This document shows, in pieces, positions 10,726 through 19,691 of a DNA stretch of 64,000 nucleotides. The notes under the pieces are model-generated. The model ran no database searches, was not told the origin of the DNA, and saw only the letters and a list, made by a program, of their open reading frames with translations. The translations under genes were made by a program, and so were the position numbers. The DNA is from an uncultured Chloroflexia bacterium. GTDB lineage: Bacteria; Chloroflexota; Chloroflexia; Thermomicrobiales; UBA6265. Every line of letters starts with the position of its first letter. The first letter of the stretch is position 1. The stretch covers positions 756,105 through 820,104 of the forward strand of contig CAVVQC010000005.1 of the NCBI GenBank assembly GCA_963750275.1, written 5' to 3'.

Positions 10726-10923
10726 GCTCCATCGCTCTTCCACACACTTATTTCATCGAGTTCCAACGTGCGCGAGCTCACCGGCCTCTCTCGTCCGGCC
10801 ACCAATCAGCTCGTCCTGCGGCTCGAAGAAACAGGGTTCCTGGCCGAAATCACCGGATAGCGGCGGAATCGCTATTTCCGATACGAATCCTCCACGCGAC
10901 TCTCCGACGATCCGCCTGATTGA
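10726..10923 (+). pseudogene. remnant of a Fic/DOC-family gene (C-terminal winged-helix tail only, in-frame TAG)
   Basis: The translation SLFHTLISSSSNVRELTGLSRPATNQLVLRLEETGFLAEITG*RRNRYFRYES resembles the Fic C-terminal wHTH pattern (..tGlS..TA...l..L...G.L.e.tG..RnR.f.y). No Fic catalytic core lies upstream. Confidence 0.3.
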
Positions 10924-10926
10924 GCC

Positions 10927-12237
10927 ATGTGCCACACTATCCGCAGCTTTATATTTGCTTTAGTGAGAAAGGCAAGAATCTTGTCATCACCACAAAACCC
11001 GGTCAAGCGTATTCGCGAGGAATCGCACGATGCCGCGGTCGATACCGACCTCTCGGCCGCACTGCTGGCCTTCGCCCAGCTCCCTCCCGCCACCGAGACC
11101 CCGTACGCCACGGTGACCCTGGACTGGTATCCCGAGGCCGGCAAGCGCACCTCGCCGGTGGAAGCCTGGCAAGAGATCAAGGAAGAAGTTTGGGGCTTCC
11201 ACTTCCGCAGCGAAGAAGGAATTTCGGCCGAGAACGACCGCCTGCGCGTGGGCGAATACATCGCCGATGAGCTGGACAAAACGGCGCGCGGCGCCATGAT
11301 CGTCTCGAACAGCGGGGAAGGTATATTCGAAGCGGCCTCGTTCGGGGTCAGTATTCCAACGACGACCAATCTTGGTCCTATCCCCTACCTCAAGGAGTTC
11401 ACCCGGCTGGTCGAAGACAATCCGACCTACGCCATTCTGGTGCTCGATCAGGCTTCGGCCGAGCTCTCGGTCATCAGTGGTGATGTCCTGACCGATTCTG
11501 TTTCTGTGACCGGCAGCAAGTATCCGCGTCACCAGTCAGCCGGCGCGCTCAATCAGCGTCGTTATCAGAATCGCGCGAACGATCGCGTCGACGCCTTCAT
11601 CAAAACAGTCGCCGAGGAAGTGCAGGCCACGCTGGAACAGACCGGCGTGCGCCGCCTGGTCATCGGCAGCGATGAGGTCAACGGCGCGCTCTTCCAGGAA
11701 GCGGTTCACGATACCGTCAAGGAGAAGATCATCGGCCACTTCAGGGTCGATATCAGCGCGGCGAACTTCGATCAGGTGCTCGAACTCGCCGAGCCGATCG
11801 CAACTGCCTACGAGCGCAGCCGCGAATCGGACGCCGTGGATGCGGTGGCCGACGCGGTCGGTTCCGGCAATCGAGGCGCGGCGGGCGCGGTCGACGTGCT
11901 CAAGGCGCTCGAACAAGGTCAGGTCTTCCGGCTGGTCATGAGCGGCGACTACGCCGAAATGGGCTGGGCCGACTACACCATGCCGATCTACGGCATCGGA
12001 GATGTCCCGACTACGCACCCGGCCGGGGGCGATCTGCACAACATCGTACCGGTGCCACTGGAGCAGGAGATGATCCGCCAGGCGCTCATCACCGGCGCGC
12101 AGATCGAGATCGTCGACCCCTCCGTCCCAGTCGATACTGAAGGCGAGGTGCCCCGCGCCGACGGAGAGATCCCGAACTCGGCCGCCGATGCCAAGCTCGA
12201 CGCCCTCGGTGGCGTCGGAGCACTGCTTCGCTGGTAA
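10927..12237 (+). CDS. eRF1/Pelota-fold protein (bacterial aeRF1, baeRF/acVLRF1-like; Vms1-type peptidyl-tRNA hydrolase family candidate)
   Basis: The central block is AILVLDQASAELSVISGD...KYPRHQSAGALNQRRYQNRANDRVDAFIKTVAEEV, which is like the eRF1 GGQ-loop region with Gln retained. The C-terminal block AAGAVDVLKALEQGQVFRLVM is like eRF1 domain 3. The start is uncertain: ATG 10927 or TTG 10981 preceded by GAAAGG. Confidence 0.6.
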   Translation: MCHTIRSFIFALVRKARILSSPQNPVKRIREESHDAAVDTDLSAALLAFAQLPPATETPYATVTLDWYPEAGKRTSPVEAWQEIKEEVWGFHFRSEEGISAENDRLRVGEYIADELDKTARGAMIVSNSGEGIFEAASFGVSIPTTTNLGPIPYLKEFTRLVEDNPTYAILVLDQASAELSVISGDVLTDSVSVTGSKYPRHQSAGALNQRRYQNRANDRVDAFIKTVAEEVQATLEQTGVRRLVIGSDEVNGALFQEAVHDTVKEKIIGHFRVDISAANFDQVLELAEPIATAYERSRESDAVDAVADAVGSGNRGAAGAVDVLKALEQGQVFRLVMSGDYAEMGWADYTMPIYGIGDVPTTHPAGGDLHNIVPVPLEQEMIRQALITGAQIEIVDPSVPVDTEGEVPRADGEIPNSAADAKLDALGGVGALLRW

Positions 12238-12257
12238 ATTCTCGTTTCGGAAAACGC

Positions 12258-12291
12258 ATCAGCCCGCTTCCAGCAGTGGAAGCGGGCTGAT
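12258..12291. terminator. intrinsic terminator hairpin between convergent genes
   Basis: ATCAGCCCGCTTCCA-gcag-TGGAAGCGGGCTGAT forms a perfect 15-bp stem, followed by TTCATTC. It lies between the stop at 12237 (+) and the stop at 12321 (-). Confidence 0.8.
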
Positions 12292-12320
12292 TTCATTCAA
12301 CGACCTTCGAGGAGATCTCC

Positions 12321-13691
12321 TCAATCAGGCTTGATGTTCTGGTTCCGGCGGAACAGATTTTGCGGGTCGTAGGTCCGCTTGAGTGCAACCAGCCGCTCGT
12401 AGACGGGCGCGTCATACGCCTGGGGGATCCGCTCGGCTCCATCGCCAACTCCCAGATAGTTCATATAGACGCCAGTCGCATACGGCCGCAAGGCTTCACG
12501 CATGCCACGCGCCCAGGCAATGCCGGCCGCTTCCTCTGAAGGATCCATCCACCGGGCGATGATCGCGAGGTTGTAGGGCGCCTGCCGGTGCGCGAAGGCA
12601 GTGGCATCGGACGGCACGCGGGCGACCGCTCCACCCAGATGCTCGATCAGTACCACACTCAAAGGAGAGGGAGCGCGATTCGCCCAGTCAACGATGAGAT
12701 CGATCGTTGCATCGTCCAGCTCCATCAAAAAATGTGCGGTCCAATAGACAGGAACCCCTTTGGGGAAGCCTTCATCCAGCATGGACTGCAACGCCACATA
12801 GGGGATCGGCCCGACCATGTCAGCGACCGGCTCGCCAAGCTCGAGGATTGCCTCATGCGTCGGAGCGGCAACCGCGGGATCGGCGGAAACCGAGACCGAA
12901 ATGAACCCCGACAACGGAACGCCGTCCGGATTCGAAAGCAATCCGAAGAAGGTCGCCTGCTCATCGGGCGCGGATGCCGTGATCGATCGGTAATGTTTCA
13001 GTGCGTCGGTCGCCACCGACCGTGGGTAGAAGATCGGACCGGCAATGACCCCCTCCATCGGGTGCAGGCGGAAGGTCATCTGCGTAACCACCCCGAAGTT
13101 TCCGCCGCCACCACGCAAGCCCCAAAGCAGATCGGGGCGTTCCGTTTCGCTGGTGTTCACCACACTGCCATCGGCGAGAACGACCTCAGCCCCGATCAGG
13201 TTGTCGCATGCAAGTCCGTACTTTCGCATCAGCCAACCGACCCCACCACCAAGGGTCAGCCCGCCAATACCGGTCGTAGAAATCGCGCCACCGGTAGTCG
13301 CAAGATTGTGGGCTGTGGTGGCGGCATCGAATTGTCCCCAGGTAGTTCCCCCTCCGGCACGGGCGATGCGCTGCTCCGGATCGACATCGACAGCATGCAT
13401 TGGCGAAAGATCGATGAGGAGCCCACCTTCGCAGGTCCCTAATCCGGCAGCGCTATGCCCACCACCACGCACCGCAAGGTCAAGCCCGTTTTCGCGGCCA
13501 AAGTTCACCGCCGCCACGACGTCTTCGGTCGAGGCGCATTGCGCGACCGCAGCCGGGTAGACGTCGATCATTCCATTCCAAACCTTGCGGACGACTTCGT
13601 AGTCCGGATTGTCAGGGAGAAGGAGCGATCCTTGAAGCGAGGCACGCAGGGAGTCGAACGTAGATACGTCGTAGCGTGGAGCAACAGTCAT
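12321..13691 (-). CDS. FAD-binding oxidoreductase (FAD_binding_4 + BBE/berberine-bridge-like C-terminus)
   Basis: Start ATG 13691 (GGAGG RBS) gives MTVAPRYDVSTF... The FAD block is LAVRGGGHSAAG and the BBE-like tail is YMNYLG...YDPQNLFRRNQNIKP. Confidence 0.85.
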   Translation of the reverse strand: MTVAPRYDVSTFDSLRASLQGSLLLPDNPDYEVVRKVWNGMIDVYPAAVAQCASTEDVVAAVNFGRENGLDLAVRGGGHSAAGLGTCEGGLLIDLSPMHAVDVDPEQRIARAGGGTTWGQFDAATTAHNLATTGGAISTTGIGGLTLGGGVGWLMRKYGLACDNLIGAEVVLADGSVVNTSETERPDLLWGLRGGGGNFGVVTQMTFRLHPMEGVIAGPIFYPRSVATDALKHYRSITASAPDEQATFFGLLSNPDGVPLSGFISVSVSADPAVAAPTHEAILELGEPVADMVGPIPYVALQSMLDEGFPKGVPVYWTAHFLMELDDATIDLIVDWANRAPSPLSVVLIEHLGGAVARVPSDATAFAHRQAPYNLAIIARWMDPSEEAAGIAWARGMREALRPYATGVYMNYLGVGDGAERIPQAYDAPVYERLVALKRTYDPQNLFRRNQNIKPD

Positions 13692-13958
13692 TCGTGAGCC
13701 TCCATTTCTTGAGTGTGAAGCGCATCGGGAGTCCGATCGCAGTGTATGCCCACAGGTGCAGCCCGGCAAGTGCCCGTACCGCCGTCCATTTCTCACGAAA
13801 TGCCCAGGAAGCGCGTCCCCTGAGCGCTTACGACAATCTGTCGCTGCGCTTGATCGCATCCGAGCGTAGCCACCCGGTCCTCCAACGGGCCAAACAACCA
13901 GATGGTGAAGTTGCCTTACCTGGCCGATTCGAGTGTGGCACCCCGCAGAGCTGCACGA

Positions 13959-14219
13959 TCAGGAACCGTGTTCCTTCCACGCCCGATACTGCTCCGGCAT
14001 GCACCGGGCACATGGCCGGTACCCTGCCGCAATCGCCGTCGCCTCATCGGCAAAAAACACCCGATGCGAGGCATAGTGCCCATTCGCCAGATGCCGTAAC
14101 GCCGACGGGCAATCAAGCCGACCGTAGAGTTTCATCGGCTTATAGCCGCCAAGCGTTCCCGGCGTGCTCGAATGATAGGGTTTTCCATCCGCGCCGATCA
14201 GGGTATAGGTCTTGGGCAT
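13959..14219 (-). CDS. Ada metal-binding-domain-like small protein
   Basis: The sequence is MPKTYTLIGADGKPYHSSTPGTLGGYKPMKLYGRLDCPSALRHLANGHYASHRVFFADEATAIAAGYRPCARCMPEQY, with a C..C..C Zn pattern. It overlaps the 3' end of the upstream PQQ ORF by ~80 nt. Confidence 0.65.
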   Translation of the reverse strand: MPKTYTLIGADGKPYHSSTPGTLGGYKPMKLYGRLDCPSALRHLANGHYASHRVFFADEATAIAAGYRPCARCMPEQYRAWKEHGS

Positions 14220-16398
14220 CCTTTGGCACGGGAGGTAGCGGCACTCCTTTCTCGTGCGCGAACGGAGTCGCGCTGCCAGCCGCATCAATACATGGAGCAA
14301 GTTCGATGTCTTGCGACACGACTGGTGTCGCTTCGAGGGTGGCGGTGCCAGGTGAAGCCTCGTATCTGATGATTGCGTCCACATCGCCAGCATCGACCAC
14401 TACGAGCGAACCGTCGACGCTGTAGACGGACATGGCGCCCAGCGTATCTCGCAGCCGCCACCAGTGCACGTCGCCAGTATCGATATCGACCCCAGCAAGA
14501 CTGGAATCGACCAACACCGCAACCACCGTGTTTCCCACGACAGTCAATTGCATGAAGGCCATTGCTTGCACGAAATTGTCCACAGCTCCGATTGGCCGAG
14601 ACTCTCCCGTGAGATCGGTCGAATAGATCGCCTCACCTGTGCGGAGATCGAAGGCGTCCAGCTGGTTGTCAGTGCCAAGAACGAGAATGCGATCGTCCGT
14701 AACTGCCATCGCCCCCGGAGACTGGTCTGCCGATGCACGCCAGAATTCATCTCCTGTAGCGGCTTCGAGTGCAAGCACCAGCGTGTTCGTTCCCATCGCG
14801 CTCTTGCCTCGTCCCGCGACGATCAGAAGGTCGCCGCGGACCTCCATGGCGGTTGTGCCAAGGTCGATCTGCTTCTGCCAAAGCACGGCTCCGCTTTCGG
14901 TATCGACCGCTTGCAGGTAGTCTTCGGTCACGAGATTCGTGAACGCTCGGAACACGCGGCCATCACCAAATGCCGGCTCGTGCCATTCGGTCCCAGCGCC
15001 TGCTGGTCCCACCGTAGTCCAAAGCACTTCTCCTGGCTCAAGAGCAGTTGGCGTTGGCGTGCCATCTCCGAGCTGCCATTTCGGCACGTATTGGGGTAGT
15101 CCGATAAGCGTGCCGTCCTGCGCTGCAATGATGAACATGCTGCCCAGCTTGAGCGCGCCTTGTGGAATGGTATTCACAAACGGTAGCGCCCTGGCAAGTT
15201 CCGAATCAACATTGACGGTCCATTGCGCTCCGTCCGGCATGATTACCGACCCATAGGTCGTTTCCGAGCCAGCATCGCGATACGAGAAGTCTGGCTGGAG
15301 TTGATCCCTCTCCGACATCTCGCCAGTAGCGCCATCGATGAGACAGTAAGCAACCTGATTGTCCGAACCCTGCTCAGTATCTCCAGGCGACGTGGCGATC
15401 CCGAGCAGCGTCTCCTCCGAAAGTTTCCAAACCAGGGATCTCACAGGAGTGGAGGCGCCCCACAACAATGAGCCGCTGCCAGGATCGATCGAGAGTACGT
15501 CGACAATATCGGGAGTTCCATCGACCTCGGGCACATTCGCAATATCAACTGACCGAAACGCTTGCTGGCAAATGCCCGATGCAGGATCACTACCGGCCTG
15601 TGGTGTTGCTTCAACCATCACCGACCGTGCGCTCGTGTTCCCTCCTTGGTCGGAATTAGAGACAACGAAAGTGCCTTCGACAACCTGCACTTTGGTTGGT
15701 CCTGAAAGGTGTGGCGGAACTTTCCAGAGATACGCACCGTCGTCACTATCGACTGCCACCACGTCCCCGCGATCAGTAATCGCTGCGAGCACGCCGTCTT
15801 GCAAGGCAAGGCGGCCGTCGAGATAAACAAGCACCGGCGAACGGCTCGAATCGTCCACATACGAATCGAGGTCGACCGTCCATCTTGGCGACTGACTTAT
15901 GGGGTCGAGCGCAGTGACCACATTGTTGGTGTCCAGCATCAGGACTTCGTCTCCGCCACTGACCATATCAACCGGAAGGGCAGCGAGGGGTTCCCGCCAT
16001 CGTTCAACACCGGTGGTTCGATCAAGCGCGATGAGAAGGTTGGAGTCCCCGCTGGGAGATTCGACGCTCATTGCAAAGACCAACATCTCTGATGTGACGC
16101 TGCTAACGCCCATCCAGCCGTCAAGTTCTGTCCGCCACAACTCGTTCCCGGTTGCGGCATCGATGGCTTGGACGATTGGGAAGCCCTCCTGTCGATAGAT
16201 CACCCAAAAGACTTCTTGTTCCCCATCGGAAGAAATCAGCATCTGGCCAGTCGTGCCTTCCGGCGCATCGATTTGCCAGGCAATGGCCGAGGATTGAGCA
16301 GTTGGCTCTGGTGACGACTCCACCGTGCCGAAACTGGCAGCCGGAATGGCGCTCGGTTCCGGCGTAGAGCGTGAATTGAGCAGGCCACCAAAGATCAC
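14140..16398 (-). CDS. PQQ-like beta-propeller repeat protein (probably the extracytoplasmic part of the upstream anti-sigma/TM protein)
   Basis: The 752-aa ORF has repeated G..LW...(D/L)..(V/A) blade patterns (ATGNELWRTEL, TTGVERWREPL, SGAVLWQKQI, ATGDEFWRASA, DTGDVHWWRL). As assembled it starts at a GTG overlapping the upstream stop (GTGA) and lacks its own signal peptide. Confidence 0.75.
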   Translation of the reverse strand: MIFGGLLNSRSTPEPSAIPAASFGTVESSPEPTAQSSAIAWQIDAPEGTTGQMLISSDGEQEVFWVIYRQEGFPIVQAIDAATGNELWRTELDGWMGVSSVTSEMLVFAMSVESPSGDSNLLIALDRTTGVERWREPLAALPVDMVSGGDEVLMLDTNNVVTALDPISQSPRWTVDLDSYVDDSSRSPVLVYLDGRLALQDGVLAAITDRGDVVAVDSDDGAYLWKVPPHLSGPTKVQVVEGTFVVSNSDQGGNTSARSVMVEATPQAGSDPASGICQQAFRSVDIANVPEVDGTPDIVDVLSIDPGSGSLLWGASTPVRSLVWKLSEETLLGIATSPGDTEQGSDNQVAYCLIDGATGEMSERDQLQPDFSYRDAGSETTYGSVIMPDGAQWTVNVDSELARALPFVNTIPQGALKLGSMFIIAAQDGTLIGLPQYVPKWQLGDGTPTPTALEPGEVLWTTVGPAGAGTEWHEPAFGDGRVFRAFTNLVTEDYLQAVDTESGAVLWQKQIDLGTTAMEVRGDLLIVAGRGKSAMGTNTLVLALEAATGDEFWRASADQSPGAMAVTDDRILVLGTDNQLDAFDLRTGEAIYSTDLTGESRPIGAVDNFVQAMAFMQLTVVGNTVVAVLVDSSLAGVDIDTGDVHWWRLRDTLGAMSVYSVDGSLVVVDAGDVDAIIRYEASPGTATLEATPVVSQDIELAPCIDAAGSATPFAHEKGVPLPPVPKDAQDLYPDRRGWKTLSFEHAGNAWRL

Positions 16399-16742
16399 AC
16401 CCCCCCCCCGATTAGCAGGAAGAATGCGGCAACAATCGCAGCCAGACGGGACTGGGACAATCCGCGAACCTTAGGAGCGACGGGTGTTGGTCGTGCCATG
16501 ACCTGCGGCCGAGACACCGCAGCCACCCGAAGTCCCTCGGCTGCGCTCGGGACGATGGAAAGCGGAAACAAGGAGCGTTCGAGTTGCGCGATGAACTCTT
16601 CTGACGGAAACGCGTGTTGCCGGTCAAACAGGGACTGCACAGTTTCGGCTGTGCCTAGCAACGGTTCCGAGCCGTTGAGCGCGATATCTCGCTCCCCGTC
16701 CAGCGCCCGGTCGAAACGGACGGCCATATCGTGTTCGGTCAT
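16395..16742 (-). CDS. putative anti-sigma factor N-terminal/TM segment (truncated in the middle of its TM helix as assembled)
   Basis: The 115-aa ORF overlaps the ECF sigma gene stop by 4 nt. It has a soluble N-part followed by RLAAIVAAFFLLIGGGV*. No zinc-anti-sigma HxxxCxxC motif is present. Confidence 0.55.
   Translation of the reverse strand: MTEHDMAVRFDRALDGERDIALNGSEPLLGTAETVQSLFDRQHAFPSEEFIAQLERSLFPLSIVPSAAEGLRVAAVSRPQVMARPTPVAPKVRGLSQSRLAAIVAAFFLLIGGGV
16400..16409 (-). repeat. homopolymer tract C10 (G10 on the coding strand) at the junction of two ORFs
   Basis: Read directly as cac-cccccccccc-gatt. G10 gives ..LLIGGGV* followed by GTG-ATC... G11 would fuse the ORFs to ..AAIVAAFFLLIGGGGVIFGGLLNSRS.., a full-length TM helix. 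Confidence 0.9.
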
Positions 16743-17283
16743 GAGGTCACCTGTTTCGGATCGAGCAAAATGCGGAGCTGCTGGTACGCGCGGAATTGCA
16801 ATGCGCGCACCGCGCCATGCGAGCGGCCGAGCGCTTCGGCAATTTCCGGACCGGACAATCCGGCCAACCGCAGTTCCACCACTTCGCGTTGTTCGGAAGT
16901 CAGCCCATCGAGCAACCGACGCAGATCGAGCGCGTCTTCACGCTGCAAGAGATCATCATCCAGTCCGGCGCGGACCACGTCGGAGTCGACCAGCGCAACC
17001 GTTGGTCGCGCTCGATGCAGATCGGTCACCACATTGCGGGCAATCGCGTAAAGCCACGCTCGAAACGTACAGGCGCGATATCCCGGCAACCCTGCCAGCG
17101 CCTGCACGAAGACCTGGCTTGTCGCGTCCTCCGCCAGTTCGCGCGTCCCAGCCGCTGGTAGCAGAAGCCAAAGATCGGTCCCACATAGCGGCGGTAGAGC
17201 GGCGCGAACGCGGCCGGATCGCGCTGCGCTTGCGCGGCCAGTAGCTCGTCGTCCGGTTCGATTCGCCCGCGTTCCTCGGTCAT
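16739..17283 (-). pseudogene. ECF (sigma-70 family group 4) RNA polymerase sigma factor, one frameshift as assembled
   Basis: The N-part MTEERGRIEPDDELLAAQAQRDPAAFAPLYRRYVGPIFGFCYQRLG is in ORF 17026..17292. Region 2/4 follows in ORF 16739..17107: ELAEDATSQVFVQALAGL.., FRAWLYAIARNVV, LTSEQREVVELRLAGLSGPEIAEALGRSHGAVRALQFRA. The junction needs +1 nt near 17140-17146. Confidence 0.85.
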
Positions 17284-17447
17284 CGGCCTCATGCGCTCCG
17301 CTGCGCCCGTCGGCTCATCGCTCCCAGCAACTACCCCGGGATTGGAAAGGAAACGGAAAAGATGCCCGAAGTGTTACGCACCGGGGTGCGACATTTCCGG
17401 CTATCGTTGCCCAAGACTGAACGATCGATAGACAAAAGGGGCGTTCG

Positions 17448-18479
17448 ATGCGCATGAGACAGTTTCGGCAAAGCTTGATGGGATCGGCGACGCTCGTGAC
17501 ACTGCTCATCACGGGAATGATGCTGACCCAGGTCGCCTCTGCATCTGACCATCCCACCCCGCCAACCCAACTCGCGCAAGGTCCCGGAGGCGTAGAGCGC
17601 CCCTATTCCGGGGTTCAGTCCGAGAGTTTCGGCAACCGTCCCGCCGGATACTGGCTCTTTGAACCGCTCGCTGCCTCCGGGAACTTGCCAGATAAGCACC
17701 TGCCCCTGGTGATCTTTCTGCACGGATTTATGGCAGTCGATCCCACCTTCTACGGCGAATGGATCGAGCACATCACCCGGGGCGGAGCCATTGTCGTCTT
17801 CCCGTTTTATCAGACGATCAATCCGCTCACCCTGCGCCCGAACGAGTATCTGGACAACACCAATACCGCCATCGCCGATGCCCTCGTTGAATTGGCCGGA
17901 CCCGGTCATGCCCAGGTCGACCTGACGCGCGTTGCAGTCGTTGGGCATTCCGCCGGGGGCGTGCTTGCCGTCAACTACGCGGCGACCGCGGAGCAAAACG
18001 GGTTGCCGGTACCCTCCGTCATCATGCCGGTCGAACCGGGCGGTTGCAAAGGCTGTACCAGCGGATTAAGCAGCCGCTTTGGTATCTCGCTCGAAGACCT
18101 TTCGACCATAGCTCCCGCCACCCGCGTCATCGTGATCGCCGGGGATGCCGATCATATCGTCGGCACCGAACCAGCCAAACATATCTGGGAATCGCTGACT
18201 TCGCTCCTTCCCGGCAACCGCGACTACGTGCTCATCCGGTCTGACAACCACGGCAAACCAGTGCTACGCGCGAACCACCTCTTGCCGATCGATGTCATCG
18301 TTGGCACGTCCGACGCCCTCGACTGGTACGGCCCCTGGAAACTCTTCGACGGTCTCATCGGTTGCGCCTTCGACAGCCTAAGCTGCGATCGGGCCCTCGG
18401 CGGCACCCCCTTTCAGGAAGACATGGGCGCCTGGAGCGACGGTACCCCCGTTAAACCGGCAGTGATCGAATCTGCCTAG
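17448..18479 (+). CDS. secreted alpha/beta hydrolase
   Basis: Signal peptide: MRMRQFRQSLMGSATLVTLLITGMMLTQVASA. The nucleophile elbow is VVGHSAGG, with PLVIFLHGF upstream. Confidence 0.75.
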   Translation: MRMRQFRQSLMGSATLVTLLITGMMLTQVASASDHPTPPTQLAQGPGGVERPYSGVQSESFGNRPAGYWLFEPLAASGNLPDKHLPLVIFLHGFMAVDPTFYGEWIEHITRGGAIVVFPFYQTINPLTLRPNEYLDNTNTAIADALVELAGPGHAQVDLTRVAVVGHSAGGVLAVNYAATAEQNGLPVPSVIMPVEPGGCKGCTSGLSSRFGISLEDLSTIAPATRVIVIAGDADHIVGTEPAKHIWESLTSLLPGNRDYVLIRSDNHGKPVLRANHLLPIDVIVGTSDALDWYGPWKLFDGLIGCAFDSLSCDRALGGTPFQEDMGAWSDGTPVKPAVIESA

Positions 18480-18554
18480 CCGCGTTCGATTTCGCTACGG
18501 TCCCTGAATCCTTTAGCGAAGCGGTGTTCTGGACCGAAGCCGAGCATGAACCAA

Positions 18555-19595
18555 CTACCCCACCATCCCCCATCCGATCCCCGGAACCTGTGGCGGCGAA
18601 ATGCACCCATCCCGCCCGATCCCCGGCTCGACCTCGATCGGGTTCGCGTAGATCAGCGATTCATACCAGGTCGTGTTTGGAATCGCGCACGCCAGATGAA
18701 GATTCGGCAGACCGCCGCCATGTACCTCGGCGCGCATATTGAACGATTCGGCCAGATGCGCGATTCGCAATCCGCCTGTGATCCCGCCCTTGTAAAGCGT
18801 TTCCGTACGCACCATGTGCGCCGCGTCCTGCACGATGAAGTCGGCCATGTTGTAATGCGCGCCGTCACTCGTCTCCCCGGAAAGCAACGGAATCGGCACC
18901 GCCAGCGCCAATCGGCGATACGCATCGATATTGAACTCGCGCATCGGCTCCTCGTACCAGAAGTACCCTGCCTCTGCGAGCGCCCGTCCGACATAGATCG
19001 CCTCGACCAGATCGAAGCCCGCTGATCCGTCATACATCAGCTCGATGTCCGGGCCGACATGCGCGCGCAGATCCTGACACAGCTTCGCGTCCTTTTTCGG
19101 ATCGCCCCAGGCATGCAGCTTGATCGCCGGGAATCCATATTCCAGGCACTGATCGGCGACATCGAGAAACTCTGCGGTGTCTTTGAAGGTCACTGTGCTG
19201 GCATACGCTGGTATCCGATCCCGCGCGCCACCGATCACGGTATAAAGAGGAAGACCGGCAATCTTGGCGGTCAGATCCCAGAGGGCAATATCGACGGTGC
19301 CCAGCGCGTAGATCGGCAGCTCTTCGATTCGATCGATTTCCCAGACCTCGCGCCAGAGACGCTCCTTGAGCAACGGATTTTGCCCAATCAGCATGTCCCG
19401 CAACCGCCGGTCGACCAAGTCGACCATGATCGTGCCCCGCGGCGCGTAGGCCTCGCCCGTGATTCCCTCATCGGTCCGAATCGTCACTTTCGTCTGCCAG
19501 CTCATCGGCGGTGATGCCGGCAGCCCTTTCCGCCAGACGTACGGATGTTTGGTCGGTTGCTCGATGATCTCGGTCTCGACGGCAACGATCTTCAT
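18555..19595 (-). CDS. enolase-superfamily enzyme (mandelate racemase/muconate lactonizing enzyme family)
   Basis: The layout is an N-terminal capping domain plus a TIM barrel (AIKLHAWGD, ELMYDGSAGF, WYEEPMREF). It is the last gene of the GntR/ABC operon. Confidence 0.75.
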   Translation of the reverse strand: MKIVAVETEIIEQPTKHPYVWRKGLPASPPMSWQTKVTIRTDEGITGEAYAPRGTIMVDLVDRRLRDMLIGQNPLLKERLWREVWEIDRIEELPIYALGTVDIALWDLTAKIAGLPLYTVIGGARDRIPAYASTVTFKDTAEFLDVADQCLEYGFPAIKLHAWGDPKKDAKLCQDLRAHVGPDIELMYDGSAGFDLVEAIYVGRALAEAGYFWYEEPMREFNIDAYRRLALAVPIPLLSGETSDGAHYNMADFIVQDAAHMVRTETLYKGGITGGLRIAHLAESFNMRAEVHGGGLPNLHLACAIPNTTWYESLIYANPIEVEPGIGRDGCISPPQVPGIGWGMVG

Positions 19596-19691
19596 CTCTT
19601 CTCCCTGATCCCGCTAAGGAAAGAACCGGCCGGAGCTCTCACCCCGGCCGGTTCCCTCAGCATCGCAAATTTGCACTCCGGAATCGAACCG

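Noticed and set aside
17293-17447. ECF-type autoregulatory promoter (GGAAAT-N14-CGTAAC) upstream of the sigma factor gene
   Set aside because: The spacing is shorter than the usual 16-17 nt and there is only one weak match. This is not enough to call.
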